Below are positions 9,601-20,800 of a stretch of 28,991 nt of DNA, piece after piece (the first letter of the stretch is position 1; every line of letters begins with the position of its first letter). Location of the stretch: assembly GCA_008632985.1 (NCBI GenBank), contig QPGO01000177.1, positions 124,001 through 152,991 on the forward strand, in the 5' to 3' direction. The translations under genes and the position numbers were made by a program. Source of the stretch: Psammoneis japonica (lineage: Eukaryota). The notes beneath the pieces are model-generated. The model had not been told where the DNA came from. It worked only from the letters and a program-made list of their open reading frames with translations, and did not search any database.

Positions 9601-12600
9601 TTTTCTGACAATGGCAAAGAATGGAAGGAGCTGCTTGCAAAGGATTTCATGCAAAGGTGAGGGTCTGAGTGGCTGGCCCAATCACTGTGTTCTTTGCATT
9701 TTTTTTTGCATTGACAGCTTGCATGGTCAGCCCAGCAACATGTCCTTTGACACTGCCACACATTTCTTCCACAAAAGAGTCTGGGTTTGCAAGAGAAAGT
9801 GATGGAATGCTTTGAAAAAGCTTCTGCAAGCTCTTTCCATGCATCAAACTGCATTCTCTTCATGGATTTTGTCACAGAGTCATGACGACAATTGAGATGA
9901 GACACCCTCATCATGACACCACTTGCAATGATGCAATGGACATGCCACAATGAGGGGTGGCTGTTCTGGCAAATGAGAAAATGAGTGTGATGCCAGTGAA
10001 GACACTCTTGTTGTGCTCACAAAGAAGTGAAATGACATGCAGTGACCAAATGCTGTCTTTATTTTCAGATCATGATCACCTTGGTTCTTTGGCCACTGCA
10101 GCCACCGTTCATGGTCAAGGTCCCATTTTTTTTTTCAAGGGCGCAGTTGACCCATCAAATTTTGGTTTGACAGCATCAGAAAGCAAAGTCAAGGTGTTGC
10201 AAAAGGGCTTGAAAAACTCTCTTGCTTCATTGTCAAAGTCCAGGGTTGCCTTGAAAACAGGCCCACCTGGACCAAGCTTTCTGCCCTCCTGACCAAATGT
10301 TGTCTGCTGCTGCTTTGTTTCTTTTGGAGAGAAAAAGATGTGGGTGCATCATCTTGTGGGGCTTGGGGGGACAACTTGGTGCCATTGTGTTGTGAGGAGA
10401 TTTGCCAGAGTTGGTGGCAGGCAAGTGGCTGTCTTTTTGTTGTTGGATGAGTCATGTCCTCTGATTTGTTGCTTAAAAAATCTTTTTGCATGAGTTCACA
10501 ACACTCCAAAAATCATTGACAACATTGACAAACAACTGAGGGTCACCACAAGTTTCACATGGCAACCATTGTTTGAGAAGCCTGCAGTTGTTGGCAATCC
10601 ATGATTTTGGAGTTTCTGTCCAGCCCTCTGCTTCACAGTGAGATGGCAGGCTCATGAAAAGGCACTGCATTGCAAACCCAACACCAGGGGCATTGGCAAA
10701 ATTGTGTTGCTGCTGGGTGGAAATTGATTTCTGAGATGAAAGAGTGTTTTGAGTTGCATCAAACAGACAGTGCATTTTTGGACTGCTGCTGCTCAAGTGT
10801 GGGCACATTCAAGCAATTTAAAAACCATCAAGGCTGAGCAACACCAAGCTGTTTGGTGGCATCTGGGCACACTGCCAAACACATGATGCATTTGTGCCAA
10901 AATTGTGTCTGCAGAAATGTCGTGAGAAAACAAGAGTGTCAGAGGGAGATGGGCTAAAAGCAAATGAAGTGCATGGGAGATAAAAACAGCATTGATGATG
11001 AGCACCAAAAAGAGATGCAGGGAAAGCAATGCCAAGATGTTGCACAAGGGTGCAAAAGACAGAAAAAGAAACACACCCAAGTCAGCAAAACATGAGATGG
11101 TGGAATGACAAAAAGTCCACCCTCCTCACTGCTGGGGTTGCTCTTGGCCATTTTGAACCTGCCTGGTTGATCTCCACCTTGTTGCTGTTTGGACCCTTTT
11201 CATTGGGTTCAGCAGGGCCAAACCCTCTTGTTGGGCTCCACAAGCATGCAGGGCATGCACCTGCAGAACCCTGCATTCCAAATCTGGCAAGTGCAAAAAA
11301 CCTCACCTGGGCCATGTCTTGCCAGCACTGCCCACCCTGGGTTGAGGACAACACATGTGCACCACAAGGCAAGAGGTTGGTTGCCATGATGGTGAGCCAC
11401 TGCTTGTGATGAAAGAAGAAAGAGTCAAGCACTGAGCAATCCTCATCTGTGCACTGTGCACTCTTCCAACTTCCAAAACACCTGCCAAAAAGAAAAAAGA
11501 ACCAATTCACAGGGGTTTTGTTCTTTGCACATTCTTCAACACTGTCATTTGTTGCTTGCACCACTCAAATCTTGTGTTTTCCATGCCCCCAGCTGGGGTC
11601 TGCCATCTGCCATGAGTCATCTGGACCTGTTGGCAAGTGTTGCTGCTGTCATTGAACAACAGCTGTTTGGCAACAATTTTTGTTTTTGGAGCTCATGTTT
11701 GGCTGCCAGGATCCTCAAAAGCAACCTCACAACTGTGATGACAACTGCAGAAGAAGTCAGGCACTGGGAGAAGGTGGTTCTCCAGGAGTGTGGGCTCTGA
11801 GAGCATGGAGTTGCACATGATGTGACTGTGGCAACAGCCTCTGCTCTCATCAAAGAGTTCTCAGTGCTGGTCAGGTTGGCCTGAAGGTCAAACATGGTGT
11901 CAAACCATTGCTCATCATCTGAGAGCTTGTGACTGACCACAACAGATGGGTCTCAAGTGTTGTTGCTGGCAAGCATTGTGACACAGGAGGGAAGAAAGTC
12001 CCGCTGGACTTTCTTGTGCAGTTGCACAGACCCAATGCACAGCAGCCCACATCGCCTCCCACAATGCCCCCATTGATGCTGCAATCTGCTGCAGTGCACT
12101 GGTTTTGGACAAACTGTGAGCAGAAATGCAGAGCAGATGATGCTGTGGTCATTGACATGCAGAGGACTTGGATTTGTCCTGTGTTGTGTGGCAAAAGATG
12201 CTTTCACGGGCATTTTTGGCCACAGCAGAAAAAGCAAATCCTTTGGAAGCAACAGCTTGCATTGCACCAAATGTGCAAAAGAATGGGGCTCCTGTCTTGT
12301 CAAGTGCAGCTGCATTTCCAGCAGAAGGGGCACATCAGCACCAGCAGATTCTGGAACAGCAGAAGCAACACCATGAGGAGCATCACTGTCTCTCCCCACA
12401 CCAAGGTCACTTGGGTTGACAGCTGCCAAAATTGGGAATTGCCAGCCCCCAGGTTCAAGAAGGACAACAGCCATGGTGGAGGATGAAGGAGAGAATCCCA
12501 CATGCACTGGGTGGGCTGAGGGATGCAATGCCAGCTGCTGGTCTTTCACAAGATTGGGCCCCTGAAAGCAGGGTGCTTTTGCACTGCAAGGGCCCGGGTG

Positions 12601-14150
12601 GCACAAGCTTGGACAACATGGGCATCACTGTCAATGTCAAAGAACAAGCCATCATCTTGCATTGGGAGGTGTGGGGGTCATGGGCTTGGGCAGAGCACCA
12701 TGGCATGGAGTGTGGGGCATGCACTTTTGGGGCAAAGGTGCCATTGTGCTGAGCAGCCACAGAAAGCAGGAGGCTTTGCAGCTGCTTGCAAGCAAGGCTG
12801 TGACTGTTCCATGTGGTGCAGTGCTGACATGCACTGCTCCTGACTCCTGACTGCATGGAGTTCTTTGAAAGCATGGTGGGTTGCACTCTCAGGCATGACA
12901 CTTTTCTGTCCAAGACAGGAGCCACCCAAGGTTGGGATCAATGCTTCATGCTTGCACAGCTGATCTTGCCAACACAGAGCACAAAACCTTGTGCAGAAGA
13001 GCATGCTCAGGTGGCTTGTGGCACATGGCTTGAGCATCAGACAAAGCAATGATGTGCTTGCAGGTGAGGGCCTTGCTTTTGGTGCCAGTCACTGAGGTGC
13101 ACTTTCAGTGCTCATCAATCACAGAGGCTGTGGTCTTCAAGAGCAGAAGGAAAACAACACCTTCTTGCTGTCAAGCAGTGCAGGCAAGAAGCCCCCCCCC
13201 ATGCAGAGACTGCTGCAGGTGCCAAGAGACGTGGCATCACATGGCCGGTGCTGTTGTTGTTTCTTGCCAGCCACTTGACTTGTGAGCAAAAAATGCAAAA
13301 TGTGAGCACAAGTGCAAAAAGCTGATGGAACGCAGGGTTCAAGTCACCACTGTCAACATGTTTGCTTTTTTGGCATGTCGTGCACACAGTTCTCAAGGCT
13401 TTTGCAAAGTTCAGGGCCAGTGCCATGTCTTGGTGGTTGCTTGACAAGCAACCTTGCAAGGTCAATCTCCAACATGCAGCATTGCCTCTGCTCCAAATTC
13501 ACTGGCAAGGGCAGACAGGATGGTTTTTTTTTCGAGACACCTGTTTTTGTGAGCTCACAATGTCTTTTCAAACTCAGGGTGAGCCCATTTTGTCTTCTGT
13601 CCAACACAAGTTGCTGCAAATGCAGCCTGACATGTGGCAAGACAGGCACAACTGGTGGTCAGCCTGTTGACAACAAAGGCAGAAAATGCAAACAAGGTGG
13701 TGCAACACACCACACACTGGGGGTCCTCAAACTGGTGCCAGCAGCAACAGAAAGCCAAAAGAAAGACAAGCTCCATCATGACAGCACACAATTTTCAAGC
13801 CCATGAAGGTGCAGTTTGCCCATGAAGGTGCAGTTTGCTCTTGCAAATGTTGCGAGTGCAGTTGTGCTGGTTTTGTTTGCACCGCCAAGCCTGATTTTTG
13901 GCACGACTCAAAGAACTGCGCTTTTTCTGGCAGCCCCTCATGCCAGCAAGTTTGCTGTGACTGAGTGCACGGCATGCATGTGCAAAAATGCAGCACAGTT
14001 TGCAAGCCACTGCAGCAACTGCAGCTGCAGCTGCAGCACAAGATCTCTGGCTCAAAAAACTTGACAAAAAAAGAGCATTGTGAGAGGAAACCGAGAAGGA
14101 AATGACAAGCTCATGTGTCAGACAGAAGGGTCGCACTCACAGCTGAAGCA
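7100..14150. other. CpG- and TpA-depleted, TG/CA-enriched eroded block (copy 1); probable fossil genes or TE
   Basis: Manual count for 12481-13080 (600 bp): 0 TA and 1 CG. ORFs here are nearly devoid of Tyr and rich in C/H/Q/W/M. Borders are gradual. Confidence 0.9.
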
Positions 14151-14560
14151 GGAAGGACCACGCGCTGTGTTGGAGGGCATTCACGCATGATGTGTCCTTG
14201 TGTGTTCTTCACCCCAATCATTTAGGCCAGTCCACTAATGCGAACCCCATGTGACACAGAAGAAAAGACAAAGAATCTCTCTGCGAGCCATCGGGACCAC
14301 CTGTCAGCGTAATGTCGTGGTTACTTAACAATGATTCTTTCATTTACTTCAGGGAATTCTCGTTTACAAGTCATTCTCAAAATACCCAGTCGTTAAATAA
14401 GAAGTCATAATGAGCTTTTTCCCTTTTAACGACTATTTGGAGTTCGCATTGGGTCCACTCATCCGCGATCTCACGAACTCATCACCGTGACTTTTCTGCG
14501 TTGCTCACAAACTCTCCTCACAAAAAAAAACAAAGACAAGTAAGAGTGAAACAGAAAAAC

Positions 14561-15673
14561 ATGAAGATCGTTTACCAGCGCCTCTTGGCCCTCGCCTTCT
14601 TGATATCGGTCAAATGCCTCTACGTTGTTGCACAAGGGACACCGCAGTGTAACTTTCCTCCTATCAACAAGAACAAGGACAGGGGCGTCTATCTTTGGAA
14701 CGACTGCTTTTCCGATCAGTGGCATGTTCGGGTCGTTGCTGGAAAGCAACAGGCAGCGGTGGTTGATGGTACGTTTGATGCTGAGGTTAAGAATGGCTTG
14801 AGAGTGAACAAACTCTATTTACTCGAGGCAAAATTGGGAGACAAGGCGACAGCTTCGGGCTTCAAATTCGACGTGGGCAAAAAGGACATTGATGGCTTCG
14901 ATTTCAAAACATCAAAAGGGAAAGTATGCCTAACCATCAACTCTCCAGATGATGTTCCGTTCTACGTTGGCAAAACCAAGCTGCAGTATCCCAAGTCCAT
15001 CAGCATTCCCGGCTACAAGCCTTGTGGCGGACCTCTGATGGAATACAAGTTTGACAGTTCTAGAAGCTCAAACATCAACATTGACTCGGGAGAAAAGGGA
15101 TGGAACGGCAAGGTTGTTGGGTATACCTACAGTCATGACGGGTTTTCCAAACGCGGTATGAACTTTGACGGAAGGGACGACTACATGCTCATTCCTGCTT
15201 CTACGGGTTTGCAGATGAAGAACTATACCTTGATGGCCTGGGTGCGGTACGAGGATCCTCATAAGCCTGGGAATTCCCAATGGATTATTCAAAAGGCAGC
15301 AGCAATTGGTCTCAACATAAGGCAGGACACCCGCCGTGTAAGGACGGGTGGCTTTTTCGGGGGTTGTGGCAAAAATAACTTGGTTCAATTGGATAGCACC
15401 AAGACAGTTTCAACAGAAACCTGGACGCACATTGCAGCAACCAAGGATCAAGAGAAGCTGACACTCTACATCAACGGCGAAAACGTCGGGGAGAAAGTCC
15501 TCCCTAAACCAAATCACTACTGTGTCAACAGGGGACCATTCAACATTGGCTCCAGTTATCTAGGTTCGAAGGTGTCACCGGGCACATTCTTTAAAGGTAC
15601 GCTCGACACGGTCCGTGTCTACGACAAAGCTCTGGACAAGGACGAAATCACTGCGGAATTGTTTCGTCACTAA
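14561..15673 (+). CDS. Secreted protein with an N-terminal Cys-bracketed beta domain and a C-terminal LamG/concanavalin A-like (Laminin_G_3-type) domain, copy 1 (370 aa)
   Basis: ATG14561 follows an A-rich leader; signal peptide MKIVYQRLLALAFLISVKCLYVVAQG. LamG motifs: FDGRDDY, YTLMAWV, WTHIAAT, LTLYING, FNIG, FKGTLDTVRVYDKALDKDEI. Intronless. Confidence 0.9.
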   Translation: MKIVYQRLLALAFLISVKCLYVVAQGTPQCNFPPINKNKDRGVYLWNDCFSDQWHVRVVAGKQQAAVVDGTFDAEVKNGLRVNKLYLLEAKLGDKATASGFKFDVGKKDIDGFDFKTSKGKVCLTINSPDDVPFYVGKTKLQYPKSISIPGYKPCGGPLMEYKFDSSRSSNINIDSGEKGWNGKVVGYTYSHDGFSKRGMNFDGRDDYMLIPASTGLQMKNYTLMAWVRYEDPHKPGNSQWIIQKAAAIGLNIRQDTRRVRTGGFFGGCGKNNLVQLDSTKTVSTETWTHIAATKDQEKLTLYINGENVGEKVLPKPNHYCVNRGPFNIGSSYLGSKVSPGTFFKGTLDTVRVYDKALDKDEITAELFRH

Positions 15674-16032
15674 AGAGCGAGGGACGACGAAAAACATTCC
15701 ACGATGAAGTCAAGTTTGCGCAATCTTGTTTAGGAATAAAATAGTCTATCTACATGTTTAGCACCTCGTAATCTTATTTTTGTTCACGCAAACACCACAA
15801 TTTACGTTGTAGCTCTCCACCAGCACTACACTATTTGTGCCTGTCGTTGACAAGCAACGACGAATTGTGATGTGTATCCCGCGTGGCCCCGTCACCTCAA
15901 ACCATGTACGGTGTGCGAATTGATATCGGTGCCGGGCATTTTCTATCGTATGTACTGCCATAGCGGTTGAGGACTCAACTTTGTCGACACTTCTATCCGC
16001 ATAGCGTTCCTCCAGTAGCGGTATCTCATGCA

Positions 16033-17270
16033 TTAGATCAACTGGTGGTGAGCGACTGGATTCGCTTTTGAATAGTGAATAATGTTGCTCACTTCATCCT
16101 TGACGTCTTTTGCGCATTTGAAAACGGGAATTCCAATGTCGTAGGGCTGCGTCGTTGCAGGTTCCTGTGAATCCGTTGTCTCGTCCTTCGCTTCTGATGG
16201 ATCTCCATTCAAGGGTTGAAATGGCTGCTCGATCAAATGTCCAATCTCTTCAATACCCAACAAACACCAAGATGCCACAGCCACAACCAATAACGTCGGT
16301 ATCGAGCCAAGCGTCTTGATGAGACCCAGCGGTAAGGTTCCGCACCATAGAGTCAAAAACCTGCTTGTATGTCTTGAATAGGACCATGGGACGGGCGTCT
16401 TGACAATCTTTTCACACGACGACAATGTATCCACCAATACATTGACATCATGAGACAACTCTGACACATGTGAGGCTTCCCAAAAGTCCATTCTCGAATC
16501 TGGATTTTCCATGGCCGCGTCATGAAGCGCCGTGTGCATGGCGTGACAAAGCATCATTGCCGGTTCCAGTGGGCTGCTGCTGCTGCTGTCCATATGAGAC
16601 GGAATCGGCTTGTCCATTTTGCCAGAAACACATGTATAGCAGAGGGCATCCGGATATGCTTGGATTAGATGCAAGAGTCGTGAGGAGCTCTTGGGTGCAC
16701 TCGGCTGAAGATAATTCACAACACCTAGGGTTAGCTTTCGACAGGTTGACATGCATTTCGTCCACACACCCCTTGCCTCCCAAAACCTTGAATACGCCGA
16801 GTTGGTCCGAAACACCAGGAGGAGACTCATAAAGCCGCCCAACATGGAGTGGACCGTGGTCGGAAGACTGAACGGACGGTGACTAGGATATAACGTGTGG
16901 AATACGACAGCCAATATACAGAGCAATATATCTGCCGCCAAATGAAATCGAATTCGTCTCAAGACAAAGGAGTTGGGTATCGAGAGAAAGTTTCTCAGCC
17001 AGTCGTCCGAGCTGTACCGAAGTCCACTCTCTACCGATGGGCGACGAGCCGTCGGAACAACCGATATAAATTAGCAATGGATGAAGCCAGATCTTGCTCT
17101 TGAGTGTATTGGTGGCTGACTCTTCTTGACAACAACCGCCACCGCTTGGGTTCAGACAAACCAAGCGGCGGTCTCGTGTTTGAAACCGAGCTTCGAAAGG
17201 CTGAGACACACAGCAACGTTGACAAGACGACTAGAATCCGCGCACGCATCATGGCCACTACTTTCATCAT
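16033..17270 (-). pseudogene. Bestrophin-like (UPF0187/YneE/VCCN-type) gene copy 1, frameshifted
   Basis: Near-identical to 24986-26221 but with a 2-bp insertion at ~17065 (ccgaTAtaaattagc vs ccgataaattagc). This splits it into ORFs 17031..17270 and 16033..16962. Native upstream sequence is cut off ~60 bp from the ATG. Confidence 0.82.
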
Positions 17271-17333
17271 TGAACGGAGCAGCTCCGGAACTTTGTAAGA
17301 TGGTCATTTTTTTCAATTGGAGGACCAGCAGAG

Positions 17334-17648
17334 ATTGTGTGAATAGAAGTCGGGAGATATTATTCTGCACTTCAATAAAAGGGAACTTATCATTGACTAC
17401 AACAACCAATGCAAACATACTTTGGTGCTAGTTCGTCTCTTGAGACGCAGAGGCGGTTGGAACAGTAAACTCTAGAGTTGATTTCCCCACAGCGACGGGT
17501 GCACGGATGAAGATAATATGATGCCCTTTACTCGACGCTTCGTTTACCATTCCTTTCAGCTTTCCGACCGCATCGTCGAGCGGGATAAAGACACCACTCG
17601 CTACGTCGAGAAGTAGGTAGGGCCTACTGTAAATTCAGCCGCCGACAT
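17334..17648 (-). pseudogene. Second, 3'-truncated copy of the P-loop gene fragment
   Basis: Homologous to 5678-6003 (HIIFIRAPVAVGKST readable on the minus strand). Has indels and is cut at the duplication junction. Confidence 0.5.
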
Positions 17649-17899
17649 CTGTCATTGTCGTGCTGATGAAAAATGTCCACGAGGAAACCACCTCGCTGTT
17701 ACCGTATTCCGAGATTTTTGGAATTTTGGCATCAAGGCCTTGCAGCGTCCAACAGCTGTTGTTGAACTTGACATAGAGAAGCATGCCATGGCACTTCAAG
17801 CCCTCAGCAGGCTGTGTTCAATCATGCAAGTGATCAGCCCACTCCAGCCCCACTCCAGTTGTCACACACCATTTCTTGAATGACACCCTGGTGGCGTGC

Positions 17900-20800
17900 T
17901 TGCATGGTGGTGTGAGAGCACCATCACATCCACTCTTCATTGAAGACCTCACTGCCTGAAATATTTTGCCATTCATTGCTTTCACCAAGGTGTTGAGATG
18001 ACATGGACATGCACAAGAAGGGTGATTTGCATTGGTCGTGCCTGGTCTCTGCTGCCAGACAGCAGCAACAGGCAGTCGTGTCATTGCCAGAACAAGAAGA
18101 GAGCTTTCCCTTGTCCAGCTTTGCTCACAACAACGAGCACAGTGGTTGTGAGTTGCTTTCCTTTTCTCAGTGCCACCAGCACAGTTGTCATCAGCTGCAC
18201 ATGAAGACACAAAGAGAGGCAAGTTTTGCCACCAATTGTGCGCGCTCTTGTCCTCTTTTCTTGTTCAGTGTGGCTGCACGAGCGCATGATGTGCATTTGA
18301 TTTCTTTTGGCTCTGTTTGCCTTCAGGTTCTTGTTTGGATTCTTTGTTCCAACCTTGACCATGTCTTTTCCTGACTTCAAGCCAAGATGGGATGAACGTG
18401 GGGCATTTGGCCATTTTGGCAATTTTTGTTGTGCAGCTTGCTGACGTGCTTGTTCTTGGGCCTTGTTCAGCTCACTGCTGCTGCTGCTGGCATTGTCTTC
18501 ACTGCCATGGCAAGCCTTGTTCTCTTTCATGCAGGTGTTTTCCTTGCACTTCATGTCCTTGTGAAACAAAAAACTGATGGCTTTTGACTGGAGGCAGAGA
18601 AGTGCAGCTGCTCACAACCTCCAATGCAAGCTCAGTGACTGCAGCTGTGGCATGCTTCTGCATCATGCTGAAGTCATTTTCATGTTCATCTTGGCTCTTG
18701 TCATAAAGAGTCTCACAACAACTGCCTAAAAAACATGCCACAATTTATCTGTTTGTCTCTGTCTTGATTTTGGCTGAGTTTTTGAAACTGCTGCAGCTGC
18801 CAACTTCAACATCCTCATTTTGCAATTTGCAACATGTTTCTTTGGTGCCAATGCAAGGCACAGGGAGCTGTGAATGAGCTCATCTGTTTTCACATTGGTC
18901 ACATGTTTTGTAAAGATGTTTGTCAGTTCACACACATGGTGTCAAATGGGGCACATCTCTCTTGTTGCTGCTCATCCACATGGAGTCATTGCAGTGCTGC
19001 TCTTTGGAAGCAATGTTCTTGCTGGTGACATTTTTTCACAGAACATCTGTGCAAGTTGCAAACAACAGAAATCCAGTTGACTTGGTTTCTCAACATTGGC
19101 AAAAAACAGGGGCAGCTGCTTGCAGAAAATTTCATGCAAAGGCAAGGGTCTGAGTGGTCAGCCTGATTCTTGTGCTCTTTGTGTTTTTTCCTGATGTTGA
19201 TGGCTTGCATGGCCAGCCCAACATGCTGTTTGATGCTGCTTTTTCTGCAACAAGAAAGGAGTCAAGGCTTGCAAGCGAAAGTGGTGGCATGCTTTGAAAG
19301 AGCTTCCACAAGCTCTCTCCACATCAGACTTCATTCTCTTTTGTGAACCTTGCCACAGAGCTGTGATTGCAAATGGGGTGAGGCACCCTCAACACCACTT
19401 GTCACATGACAGACTTGCCATGGGCTGTTCTGGCAAATGAGAAAATGAGTGTGACAGCACCAGTGAGGAAGCAAATGTTGTGCTCATGCAGAAAAGTGAA
19501 ATGATGTGCAGCGACCAAACACTGTGTTTGTTTTCAGCTCACAACCTCTTGGTTCTTTGGCCACTGCAGCCACCATCCATGGTCATGGTCTCATTTCTTT
19601 CAAGGGCACAATCAACCCATCAAATTTTGGTGCTTCAGCATCAGAAAGCAAAGTCCAGGCATTGCAAAAGGACTTGCAAAACTCTTCTGCTTCATTGCCT
19701 GAGTTCAGGATTGTCTTGAAAACAGGTCCACCTGGGCCAAGCTTTCTGTCCTGACCAAATGTTGTCTGCATCTCTTTGGGAAAGAAAAAGATGTTGTTGG
19801 CACATCATCTTGTGGGGTTTTGGGAACAACTTGGCACCACTGTGTTGTGAGAAGATTTGCAGGAGTTGGCAGTGGGCAAGCAGCTGTCCTTTTTTGTTGA
19901 AGTCACATCCTTTGAGTTGCCTTTAAAGAAACCACTTTTTGCAGGAGTTCAAAGCACTCTGAAAATCATCAACAATGCTGATGAACAACTGAGTGTCACC
20001 ACAAGCTTGAGATGGCAACTGTGTGAGAAGCCTGCAGTTGCTGGCAATGATGTTGAAGTTTCTGTCCAGCCCTTTGTTGCACAGTGAGATGGCAGGCTCA
20101 TGAAAAGGTGCTGCAGTGCCAACCCAGTGCCGGGGGCATTGGCAAAAATTTGTGTTGCTGCTGGGTGGAAATCAAGTTCTGAGATGAAACAGCATCTTGA
20201 CTTGCATCAAACAGACACTGCATTCTGGGGCTCCTTCTGCTCAAGTGTGGGTGCATCCAAGCAATTTAGAAAAACTGCTGGGACCAGCATTGCCGAGCAA
20301 TTTGGCAGCATTTTGGCACCAAACACACATGGTGCATTCATGCAGAATTGTGTGTGCAGAAATGGCATGGGAAACAAGGGTGGTGATGAGAGATGGGCTA
20401 AAAAAAATGAATCTAAATTTCAAGCGCTGTTGCTCCATTGCCAGCTGTGCTGGCACCAGTTAAAAATTAAAAACAGAAGCTTGCAAGGATCAGCCAAGGT
20501 TGGCACCACCTTGTTGCAATGCACTCACCTGAGACAACTGGTGTTTGTTGCTTTCTTTTTTGACTGGAGCAGCAGTTGCCACACCACAACAGCAAAGGAC
20601 AGAAGTGCTCAGAAATTGGCTCAACAGCAGCACAAGAAATGAGATGGGCTGCCAGACCACAGACTTGCACTTGTCAAAAAGAGGCCTGGTTTTACACCAA
20701 GTGGTGCAGCAGCAACAGAAATGTTGCCACGCATGGAGCAGGGAGCTTGGCATGCCAGCAAGTGAGGGAGGGGTTGTCCAGGACTGGGAGGTGAGAAGCA

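Larger units (their letters stand above)
5678..17333. repeat. Tandem segmental duplication, unit 1 (~11.7 kb)
   Basis: attgtgtgaatag at 5678 recurs at 17334. The order P-loop fragment - eroded block - LamG - bestrophin is repeated. Homology to the unit-2 bestrophin upstream region ends at ~17330. Confidence 0.88.

Noticed and set aside
7250..14140. Dozens of overlapping 60-227 aa Cys/His/Gln/Trp-rich ORFs, superficially like metal-binding or toxin peptides
   Set aside because: Artefact of TpA loss: TAA/TAG stops and Tyr codons are missing, so ORFs open in all six frames. The ORF boundaries are not conserved between the duplicated blocks.
16033..16962. 309-aa ORF as a standalone bestrophin gene
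   Set aside because: It starts at a TTG inside the coding region of the paralogue; it is the downstream part of a frameshifted copy.
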